64,000 nt of DNA from Phenylobacterium sp. (lineage in GTDB: Bacteria; Pseudomonadota; Alphaproteobacteria; Caulobacterales; Caulobacteraceae): assembly GCA_017991675.1 (NCBI GenBank), contig JAGOQB010000011.1:1236-65235 (forward strand). The letters run 5' to 3'. Numbering within the stretch: the stretch's first letter is position 1; each line of letters starts with the position of its first letter. Both the position numbers and the translations under genes were made by a program. The notes under the pieces are model-generated. The model was not told the origin of the DNA. It did not search any database and saw only the letters and a program-made list of their open reading frames with translations. Below are positions 55,562 through 64,000 of the stretch, in pieces.

Positions 55562-56170
55562 TTAGGCTTCGGCTTCGCCGGCGGCTTCTTCAGCGGCTTC
55601 CGAGGCGCTCGCGGCCGAACCGGCGATGGTGGCGATCACGAAGTCGCGGTCGACGGTCGGGGTGACGCCCTTCGGCAGCTCGAAGGCGCCGATGCGGATG
55701 GTGTCGCCGATTTCCAGGCCGGTCAGGTCGAAGGCCAGCTCTTCCGGAATGGCGTCGGCCGGGCAGGCCAGCTCGACTTCGTGACGGACGACGTTCAGCG
55801 TGCCGCCCTTCTTCAGGCCGGGCGAGGCTTCATGATTCTTGAAGTGAACCGGGATCGAGATCTTGATCGTCTGGTCCGCGTCGACGCGGAACAGGTCGAA
55901 GTGCATCGGCTCGTCGGTGACCGGATGCATGTCGACGACCTTGGCGATCACCGGCTGGGTTTCATTGCCGTGCTTCAGGGTCACCAGGTGGCCGAGCAGC
56001 TTGCCGGTGTAGAGCGCCTTGCGGAACTCGTTCGACTTGACGGTGATCGCCACGGGATCCTTGTCGCCGCCGTACAGCACGCCGGGGACCAGACCCTCAC
56101 GACGGGCGGCGCGGGCGCCACCGGTTCCAATGCGCTCGCGCAGTTCAACGTTCAGGATGATATCGGCCAT
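55562..56170 (-). CDS. rplY: 50S ribosomal protein L25/general stress protein Ctc
   Basis: GTGGARAARREG.VPGVLYG, HPVTD...HFD, PGLKKGG, acidic tail. Confidence 0.96.
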   Translation of the reverse strand: MADIILNVELRERIGTGGARAARREGLVPGVLYGGDKDPVAITVKSNEFRKALYTGKLLGHLVTLKHGNETQPVIAKVVDMHPVTDEPMHFDLFRVDADQTIKISIPVHFKNHEASPGLKKGGTLNVVRHEVELACPADAIPEELAFDLTGLEIGDTIRIGAFELPKGVTPTVDRDFVIATIAGSAASASEAAEEAAGEAEA

Positions 56171-56248
56171 GGCCTCGCCTCAAAACGAAGCCGCCGCGCG
56201 AAGACCCGCGCGGCGACGGAACGACCCGTAAGGGCCGAAAGGTGCGCG

Positions 56249-56277
56249 TAGATACACAAAACCCCCGCCCGTGGCAA
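56249..56277 (-). promoter_or_regulatory. sigma70-like promoter of rplY
   Basis: Minus strand TTGCCA-N17-TATCTA. Confidence 0.55.
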
Positions 56278-56296
56278 CGGGCTGGGGGAAGGATTT

Positions 56297-57340
56297 CTAA
56301 CCCTTTTTCGCCGGCTTCTTCGTCGCAGGCTTCTTGGCCGGGGTCGGCTTGTAGCTGGCGTTCTCGCGGACGGTCGGCACGAAGCGCGGTTCGAAGGGCT
56401 CGGGCTGGCCCGAGGCTTTGATCACGCAGCGGGCGGTGTCCATCATCGCATGCTGGCCCATGCAGAAGACGTCCTCGTAGTGCGGCTTGGACACGGCCAG
56501 ACACTGGTAGAGGTTCAGCTTGGCCATGTTGGCGCAGGAGGCGACGTTCGGCTCGACCATGATGGCGTTGAGCGTGGCGACGTTCGGTTCGCTGGCCTGG
56601 CCGAGCACGGCCAGGGCGGCGACGGCGAGGCTGCGAATCACCGCCGGGGTGAACGGCGGGGCGGCCGAGGTCCCGGTGACGCCGAGCGGCTGGGCGCCGG
56701 CCACCGCCTGCTGCAGGCGGGCGGTCTGGGTGAGGTCGCCGGCGGCGGGGGTCGAGCCAAGCAGCTTGGCCTGGGACAGGCGCGCGTCGCGGCCGACGAC
56801 GTCGGCCTTGGACCAGGACTGCTTCTGCACGTCGTAGGCGGCTTGCTTCACGGTCTTGCCGGCCTGGTAGAACTTGTTTCCGTCCTCGCCGAGGGCGGCG
56901 ATCACGGCGCCGGCGCCGCTGGACGAGCCGGGCAGGCCGACCACATAGGCCGGGTCCTTCATGATCTCGTAGGCGATCTGCTGGCGCTGGGCGGCGGTGC
57001 CCGCGTACTGCCGGACGCCGGCGACGAAGGTCGGGTCCTGCAGGGCGACGATGGCCCCGTAGGCGATGGCGCCCTTCAGGAACTGCTTGGGCTCATAGGC
57101 GGCGGCGACCTTCAGGCCCTCGGCGACCATCTGGCCGTCGACGAAGGCCGGCGAGATCGCGGCGGCCTTGTCCACATAATAGCGGTAGGCCGAGGCCTGC
57201 TCGACGATGCTGGGCGCCAGGCTCACAGCCGGGGCCGGCGGCTCGGCCGGCTTGGGCGGCGGCGGCTCGGCGCACGAGGCCAGAATTGTGGCGAATGCGA
57301 TGGCGACGGCCGTCAGGCCCGCGCGAGAAGCCGAAATCAT
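56297..57340 (-). CDS. hypothetical lipoprotein
   Basis: Lipobox LASC, Pro-rich linker, four Cys near the C-terminus, Lys-rich tail. Confidence 0.8.
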   Translation of the reverse strand: MISASRAGLTAVAIAFATILASCAEPPPPKPAEPPAPAVSLAPSIVEQASAYRYYVDKAAAISPAFVDGQMVAEGLKVAAAYEPKQFLKGAIAYGAIVALQDPTFVAGVRQYAGTAAQRQQIAYEIMKDPAYVVGLPGSSSGAGAVIAALGEDGNKFYQAGKTVKQAAYDVQKQSWSKADVVGRDARLSQAKLLGSTPAAGDLTQTARLQQAVAGAQPLGVTGTSAAPPFTPAVIRSLAVAALAVLGQASEPNVATLNAIMVEPNVASCANMAKLNLYQCLAVSKPHYEDVFCMGQHAMMDTARCVIKASGQPEPFEPRFVPTVRENASYKPTPAKKPATKKPAKKG

Positions 57341-57610
57341 CCAGTGCCTTCCCCAGGATATAAGGCGTGGGAGCCTAGTCCCTCCAGCGGGCGAGAATGT
57401 GACCGCGAGGGGTTAACGAGGCTTAACCAAACCGAGGCTCAGTCAGGGTCTGACGCTTTTGTGACCTGCCGCGCCGACCAGGGTCGCGACCATAGAGGCG
57501 GGGCGGCGGGCGGTCGATGACCGCCGCGGCGGTGGGCCGTTTCGCCGCGGGCGCATCGGGGCCGGCGGCGCGGCTGCGGCGGCGCGGAAGGCCGCCGCAG
57601 GTCGCCTAGG

Positions 57611-58546
<936 letters not shown>

Positions 58547-58705
58547 CGGTCCCCCAGGGGCAGGTATCGGTAATTGCCGGGCTTTTAGCAGGCGAGGGCC
58601 GAGGAGCAAGGGCCCAGAACAGCGCAGGACGAGATCGCATAACAATCTCGCGGGGCGGGAGGGTTCGTCTCGCGGCGTGGCGACGCTTGGTTTACGGTGT
58701 TCGCC

Positions 58706-59782
58706 ATGCCCAAAATCGGACTCCCGGCCTGGACTTGGCTCTCCCCCATCATCGGCTCGCTGCTGCTTTTCGGATCTAAGCTCGGCGGGCCGTACGACAT
58801 AGTCCTGGCGATCGGGCTGGTGGCCTGCGTCCTGGCTGCGGTCCACCATGCCGAAGTGGTGGCCCACAAGATCGGCGAACCCTACGGCACCCTGGTGCTG
58901 GCGGTCGCGGTGACGGTGATCGAGGTGTCGCTGATCGTCTCGCTGATGCTGTCCAGCGGCCCGGCGGGCGCGGGGCTGGCGCGCGACACGGTGTTCGCCG
59001 CGATCATGATCATCCTCAACGGCCTGGTGGGTCTGTGCCTGCTGCTCGGGGGCGCGCGCCACCTGGAGCAGCGTTACGGCCAGGCCGGGGTCAGCGCCGC
59101 GCTGGCGACCCTGGCGGCGCTGGCGGTGCTGACGATGGTGCTGCCGAACTACACGACCAGCACGCCTGGGCCGGTCTATTCCAACAGCCAGCTGGCCTTC
59201 GTCGGCCTGGTGTCGCTGGTGCTCTACGGGACCTTCGTGCTGGTGCAGACCATGCGCCACCGCGACTACTTCCTGCCGTCCGGCGCGGCCGCCCACGACG
59301 AGGAGGCGCACGCTGCGCCGCCGACCGCCCTGGCGGCGTGGTTGAGCCTGGGTCTGCTGGTGGTGGCGCTGGTGGTCGTGGTGCTGCTGGCCAAGGCGCT
59401 GGCCCCGACGCTGGAGTCCGTGGTCGCCAACGTCGGCGCGCCGAAGGCGGTGGTCGGGGTGATCATCGCGGCCCTGGTGCTGGCTCCCGAGAGCCTGGCC
59501 GCCGTGCGCGCGGCGCGGGCCGACCGCCTGCAGACCAGCCTCAACCTGGCCCTCGGATCGGCCCTGGCCTCGATCGGCCTGACCATCCCGGTGGTGGCGG
59601 TCGTTTCGCTGACGATGGGCTGGCCGCTGTCGCTCGGCCTCGACGCCAAGGCGATGGTCCTGCTGATGCTGACGCTGCTGGTCACGACCCTGTCGCTGGC
59701 CACCGGCCGCACCACGGTGCTGCAGGGCGTCGTCCATCTGGTGCTGTTCGCGGTCTACCTGTTCACGACAATTGTGCCTTGA
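58706..59782 (+). CDS. Ca2+/H+ antiporter, CaCA family (ChaA-like)
   Basis: [52 protein letters not shown]. Confidence 0.9.
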   Translation: MPKIGLPAWTWLSPIIGSLLLFGSKLGGPYDIVLAIGLVACVLAAVHHAEVVAHKIGEPYGTLVLAVAVTVIEVSLIVSLMLSSGPAGAGLARDTVFAAIMIILNGLVGLCLLLGGARHLEQRYGQAGVSAALATLAALAVLTMVLPNYTTSTPGPVYSNSQLAFVGLVSLVLYGTFVLVQTMRHRDYFLPSGAAAHDEEAHAAPPTALAAWLSLGLLVVALVVVVLLAKALAPTLESVVANVGAPKAVVGVIIAALVLAPESLAAVRAARADRLQTSLNLALGSALASIGLTIPVVAVVSLTMGWPLSLGLDAKAMVLLMLTLLVTTLSLATGRTTVLQGVVHLVLFAVYLFTTIVP

Positions 59783-59857
59783 TCCATTCCTGAGCTGTCG
59801 CGTTTGTTGGCGGACCCAGGCCGGCGCGGCCGGCGCAAGTTCGAGAATAATCGCGAC

Positions 59858-60931
59858 ATGATGGAGTGGATGGAGGGCGTTGCGCCCTCGTGGCTGCCTG
59901 CTTGGCTGCTGAGTCTGGTGGTTCTGGCGGCCGGCGCGGCGATGGCGCTGGCGGCCCACCAGGTGCTGGTGACGATCGTTCGGCGGCTGATCGCCTCGCG
60001 CGACGAGTTCTGGCGCGAGCTGGTGACCCGGACGCGGCGTCCCAGCCGGCTGGCGGCGCTGATCCTGGGCCTCGGCGCGGCCGCGCCGCTGGCGAGGCTG
60101 GGGCCGGCCCAGCTCGACGTGCTCGGCCGCGTGCTGCTGATCGGCTTCATCGTGCTGTGCGGCTGGGCGGCGCTGACCGCGCTGGACATCGCCACCTTGA
60201 TCTATACGCGCCGCTTCCGGGTCGACGTGGAAGACAACCTGATGGCCCGCAAGCACATCACCCAGACGCGCATCCTGCGGCGGACCGCCGCCGGCCTGAT
60301 CGTGATGCTGACCATCGCCTTTGCGCTGATGACCTTCAACGGCGTGCGCCAGTACGGGGTCAGCCTGCTGGCCTCGGCCGGCGCGGCCGGGATCATCGCC
60401 GGTCTGGCGCTGCAGCCGTACCTGACGAACCTGATCGCCGGCATCCAGATCGCCACCACCCAGCCGATCCGGCTGGACGACGCGGTGATCGTCGAGGGCG
60501 AGTGGGGCCGCATCGAGGAGATCGGCTCGACCTATGTGGTGGTCAAGCTGTGGGACTGGCGCAGGATGGTGCTGCCGCTGACCTACTTCATCCAGAAGCC
60601 GTTCCAGAACTGGACCCGCGAGAACGCCTCGCTGATCGGCACGGCGATGGTCTATGTCGACTACTCGGCCCCGATCGAGGTGCTGCGCGGGAAGCTCGAG
60701 GAAATCGCCGCGGCCTCGCCGCTGTGGGACCGCGACGTGGTCAACCTGGCGGTGACCGAACTCAGCGAGCGGACCATGCAGGTGCGCTGCCTGACCAGCG
60801 CGCGCAACGCCGGCGAGGCCTTCGACCTGCGCTGCGAGGTGCGCGAGAAGATGGTCGCCTTCCTGCAGGCCGAACTGCCGCACGCGCTGCCGCGCGAGCG
60901 TTTCGACATGCGGGCGGCCGCGCCCGGCTAG
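59858..60931 (+). CDS. small-conductance mechanosensitive channel (MscS family)
   Basis: SLLASAG.AG...GLA.Q..L.NLIAG.QI...QPIRLDD.V.VEGEWG.IEEI. Confidence 0.92.
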   Translation: MMEWMEGVAPSWLPAWLLSLVVLAAGAAMALAAHQVLVTIVRRLIASRDEFWRELVTRTRRPSRLAALILGLGAAAPLARLGPAQLDVLGRVLLIGFIVLCGWAALTALDIATLIYTRRFRVDVEDNLMARKHITQTRILRRTAAGLIVMLTIAFALMTFNGVRQYGVSLLASAGAAGIIAGLALQPYLTNLIAGIQIATTQPIRLDDAVIVEGEWGRIEEIGSTYVVVKLWDWRRMVLPLTYFIQKPFQNWTRENASLIGTAMVYVDYSAPIEVLRGKLEEIAAASPLWDRDVVNLAVTELSERTMQVRCLTSARNAGEAFDLRCEVREKMVAFLQAELPHALPRERFDMRAAAPG

Positions 60932-61716
60932 GTAAGCGCGATGGCCGACATCAGCCGGCCGAAGTCCGGCTCGCCGCGCTTGAAGGCCCGGCGGTTGGAG
61001 AAGAACAGCGCCTCCTCGGCGCAGGTGTCGCGGCCGAGCCATTCGCAGGAACCGACGCCGGCCTGGCGCAGGCGGTGCAGGACGTAGCCGGGCAGGTCGA
61101 ACATCGCCTTGTCGGCCGTCTCGCCGGGCTTGAAGAACTCGACGTTCTCGGGAGCTTCGGCGGCGAAGGCCTCGAGAAACTCCAGGCCGACCTCGTAGGA
61201 GGCCTGGGCGATGCAGGGGCCGACGACGGCGACGATGTCGGCGGGCCGGGCGCCCAGTTCCTGCATCTTCAGGACGGTGGCCCCGACGATGCCGCCGAGC
61301 GCGCCCTTCCAGCCGGCATGAGCGGCGGCGACCACGCGCGCCTTGGGATCGGCGAACAGGATCGGGGCGCAGTCGGCGGCCAGTGCGCCGCAGGCCACGC
61401 CGGGACGGTTGGCGACCACGCCGTCGGCTTCCGGCCGCTCGCCGTTCCAGGGCCTGTCGGCGATCAGGGCGGTGGCGGAGTGAACCTGGTAGCAGGTGTT
61501 GAGCGCGCCTTCCGGCAGGCCGAAATGCTCGGCGGCGCGGCGGCGGTTCTCGATCACGTCGTCGGGGGCGTCCTTGGAGCCGCGGCCGACATTGAGGCTG
61601 GCGTAAAGGCCGGTCGAGACCCCGCCCTGGCGGGTGAAGAAGGCGTGGCGGATCCCCGCCAGATCGAGCAGCGGCGAGGTCAGGACGGGCAGGGTCTGGA
61701 TAATCTGGTCGGTCAC
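60928..61716 (-). CDS. pgeF: peptidoglycan editing factor PgeF (YfiH/laccase-domain protein)
   Basis: [42 protein letters not shown] start overlaps the upstream TGA. Confidence 0.93.
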   Translation of the reverse strand: MTDQIIQTLPVLTSPLLDLAGIRHAFFTRQGGVSTGLYASLNVGRGSKDAPDDVIENRRRAAEHFGLPEGALNTCYQVHSATALIADRPWNGERPEADGVVANRPGVACGALAADCAPILFADPKARVVAAAHAGWKGALGGIVGATVLKMQELGARPADIVAVVGPCIAQASYEVGLEFLEAFAAEAPENVEFFKPGETADKAMFDLPGYVLHRLRQAGVGSCEWLGRDTCAEEALFFSNRRAFKRGEPDFGRLMSAIALT

Positions 61717-62768
61717 GTGAGCGTCTCGAAAGCCGGCGGTTCGAAGCCGGCGGAATGAATGCAGGCGGCCTTGAACAGCTCGCCCATCTGGTCGGGCGAG
61801 ACGAGGCGTTCGAGCTGGCGCTCGATGACGTCGCCGAGGTCGGGGCGGGCGTTGGCCAGGGCCTCGGCGCGGGCGCCGACCCCGAGCCGGACGAGCAGTT
61901 CGCCCTGGGTCAGGATCTGCGGCGTCTGGGCGCCGCGCGCGGCGGCGGCGGCCATCACCGCCGGGAAGTCGGCGTGGACGGTGAGGTCGGCCTCGCCCGG
62001 ATTGGCCAGCGGGCTTTCCTTCTGGTGCCGGCGCAGGGCCTGGAGCGTGTCGCCGAAGCCGGGCGCCGCGCGGCCGTAGTCGATGAGCAGGGCCGCGCCG
62101 CCGTCGGCCAGGACGCGCAGGGCCAGCGCCTCGCCCAGCGCGGCCTGGGCCGGGGAGTGCTCGAGGATCGCGCCGACCGGGGCCAGGCGGTCGATGCCCG
62201 GCGCGCCGGCCAGGCCGAAGGCGAGGGCGCCGGCGTCGTCGAGGCCGACCATGCGCTCGGCCCAGCCCTTTTCTGTGCGCACGTACTGGCGGGCCGGCAG
62301 GCAGTCGAGCAGCTCGTTGGCGATGAGGATCAGCGGCGCCTCGCCGGGGACCTCGTCCAGGGCGCCGGCCCAGGAGACATGATCGCCGAGGCTCTGGCGC
62401 TGGCGGTCGCGCAGCGGCTGGGAGACCTCGACCAGCCAGACGTCGGCGGCCTCGGTGAACTCGCGCGAGAGCCGGGCGGCGCGCAGCAGGTCGCTCATCA
62501 GGGTGCCGTCGCCGGGCCCCATCTCGACCAGCCGGAACTGCGCGGGGCGGCCCAGGCGGCTCCAGGTCTCGACCGCCCAGAGGCCGATCAGCTCGCCGAA
62601 CATCTGGCTGACCAACGGGGCGGTGATGAAGTCGCCGGCTTCGCCGAGCGCCGGCCGCGTCGCGTAGTAGCCGTGGTCCGGGTCGTGGAGGCAGACGTGC
62701 ATGTACTGGGCGACGCTCATCGGCCCGCTGGCCCGGATCTGGGCCGTCAGGCGGTCGCGCAGGCTCAT
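61713..62768 (-). CDS. SAM-dependent methyltransferase, MidA/NDUFAF7 family
   Basis: [48 protein letters not shown]. Confidence 0.93.
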   Translation of the reverse strand: MSLRDRLTAQIRASGPMSVAQYMHVCLHDPDHGYYATRPALGEAGDFITAPLVSQMFGELIGLWAVETWSRLGRPAQFRLVEMGPGDGTLMSDLLRAARLSREFTEAADVWLVEVSQPLRDRQRQSLGDHVSWAGALDEVPGEAPLILIANELLDCLPARQYVRTEKGWAERMVGLDDAGALAFGLAGAPGIDRLAPVGAILEHSPAQAALGEALALRVLADGGAALLIDYGRAAPGFGDTLQALRRHQKESPLANPGEADLTVHADFPAVMAAAAARGAQTPQILTQGELLVRLGVGARAEALANARPDLGDVIERQLERLVSPDQMGELFKAACIHSAGFEPPAFETLT

Positions 62769-63619
62769 GGCGTCTCGGTCTTGGCTTGGCCGGGCGGCGA
62801 GGCGGCCTCAGTCGCCAGCGGCTCACGCATGCCGCGCCAGATCAGGAAGAGGCCGCCGATCACCATGGGCGCCGACAGCATCATCCCCATGGTCAGGCCG
62901 AACGGGAAATGCTGCAGGTAGCGGTCCGGCTCGCGGAAGTTCTCCACGAAGGTGCGGAAGACGGCGTAGCCCAGCAGGAAGATCCCGGCCACGACGCCGC
63001 GCCGCTGGAGCAGGCCCGCGCGATGGGTCGCCCAGCGCAGGATGAGGAAGAGAACCACGCCCTCCAGCGCCGCTTCATAGAGCTGGCTGGGATGGCGCGG
63101 GGTGACGCCGTCGGCCTGGGGGAAGATGAACGCCCACGGCACGTCGGACGGCCGGCCCCAGAGCTCGCCGTTGATGAAGTTGGCGATGCGGCCGAAGAAC
63201 AGGCCGATCGGCGCGCAGGCGGTGACCGCGTCGCCCAGGCGCAGCACGTCGATCTTGTTGACGTAGGAAAAGCCGAACACCGCGATCAGCACGCCGAGCG
63301 CGCCGCCGTGGAAGCTCATGCCGCCCTCCCAGACCTTCACGATCTGCAGCGGGTCCTGGAGGACGATCTGGGGCGTGTAGAAGAATACGTGGCCGAGCCG
63401 GCCGCCGAGAATGATGCCGAGCGTGATCCAGAGGATCAGGTCGTCGACCTGGGCCGGCGTGGCCGGCGCGCCGCGCGGGCCCCACAGCGCCTGATTCTTC
63501 ATCATCCCCGCGACATAGCGCCACCCCAGCAGGATGCCGGCCACATAGGCCAAGGCGTACCAGCGGATTGCGAAAGGCCCGATCTGGACGAGGACCGGGT
63601 CAAAATCGGGGAATGGCAA
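62765..63619 (-). CDS. lgt: prolipoprotein diacylglyceryl transferase
   Basis: IRWYALAY, GGMSFHGG, GRIANFINGELWGR, HPSQLYE. TTG start at 63619 has a GGAG RBS; alternative start at 63649. Confidence 0.96.
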   Translation of the reverse strand: MPFPDFDPVLVQIGPFAIRWYALAYVAGILLGWRYVAGMMKNQALWGPRGAPATPAQVDDLILWITLGIILGGRLGHVFFYTPQIVLQDPLQIVKVWEGGMSFHGGALGVLIAVFGFSYVNKIDVLRLGDAVTACAPIGLFFGRIANFINGELWGRPSDVPWAFIFPQADGVTPRHPSQLYEAALEGVVLFLILRWATHRAGLLQRRGVVAGIFLLGYAVFRTFVENFREPDRYLQHFPFGLTMGMMLSAPMVIGGLFLIWRGMREPLATEAASPPGQAKTETP

Positions 63620-63702
63620 GGCGGGCGTCTCCGAATGCTTCGCCGTCAAGGTTTAGACGAGAAGCCCTTCGCTTTCATCCCCCGGCGGGCCATATAGGGC
63701 CC

Positions 63703-63948
63703 ATGCAGACTCAGAACCCCTTTCTGGACGAGTTCGCCAAGCTGACCAGCGCGGCGATGGGCCTGGCCCAGACGGCTGGCGACGAGGCCAAGGCCGCATT
63801 CCGCGCGCAGGCCGATCGCTTCGTGGCCGACTTCGACCTCGTCCGCCGCGACGACCTCGACGCCCTCAAGGCCGAGATCGCGGCGCTGCGCGCCGAGGTG
63901 GCCGCGCTGAAGCAGCCGGCGCCCAAGAAAGCCGCGAAGAAAGACTAG
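63703..63948 (+). CDS. accessory factor UbiK/BMFP family coiled-coil protein
   Basis: MQTQNPFLDEFAKL...DLVRRDD then a coiled coil, divergent from lgt. Confidence 0.8.
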   Translation: MQTQNPFLDEFAKLTSAAMGLAQTAGDEAKAAFRAQADRFVADFDLVRRDDLDALKAEIAALRAEVAALKQPAPKKAAKKD

Positions 63949-64000
63949 GTCTCGATACACGCGAATGTGGCTCGCGCGGGAAAAGAAACCCGATGACGCG

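Noticed and set aside
57413-57426. Full CtrA box upstream of the lipoprotein gene
   Set aside because: Spacing is TTAA-N6-TTAA rather than N7, so it is kept only as a weak half-site hint.
58547-61042. Apparent 830-aa N-terminal extension fused to Prs
   Set aside because: Antisense to the CaCA antiporter and MscS genes. Prs homology starts at MKLLAGNSN (58546).
61717-62826. Apparent long N-terminal extension of PgeF
   Set aside because: Off-frame overlap with the MidA gene. A GTG at 61716 coupled to the MidA stop is the plausible start.

Overview
This is a GC-rich alphaproteobacterial chromosomal window, Caulobacteraceae-like (Phenylobacterium/Caulobacter by gene content; the organism is inferred). 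It holds about 65 protein-coding genes and no rRNA, tRNA, CRISPR array or classical IS that I can see. Core blocks are rnhB-tag next to a probable ccrM promoter at the left edge, pyrC, DUF1285-Nudix-CCA, hemF-trmL-petABC, and lgt-midA-pgeF-prs-rplY-pth-ychF. Between them sit small accessory modules: LysR/pirin/YcaC, MerR/cation transporter, TetR/tautomerase, and a TonB receptor with putative Fur boxes. The most striking non-genic signal is about 16 intergenic palindromic REP/REPIN-like elements or arms in three families, many capped by C-GNA-G triloops. A 102-aa stand-alone GIY-YIG nuclease gene (17561-17869) sits directly behind a left arm of one family. The end of that gene resembles the inner right end of the gene-less copies, suggesting a nuclease-associated, RAYT-independent REP system with non-autonomous derivatives (inference). 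Other candidates are a 41-aa sORF under two PhaR-like boxes, two sigma54-driven small proteins with a shared C-terminal motif, an Arg-rich leader peptide, a five-repeat Cys-rich secreted protein and a fluoroacetate-dehalogenase-like hydrolase. All functional calls come from motif recognition only; no searches were run.
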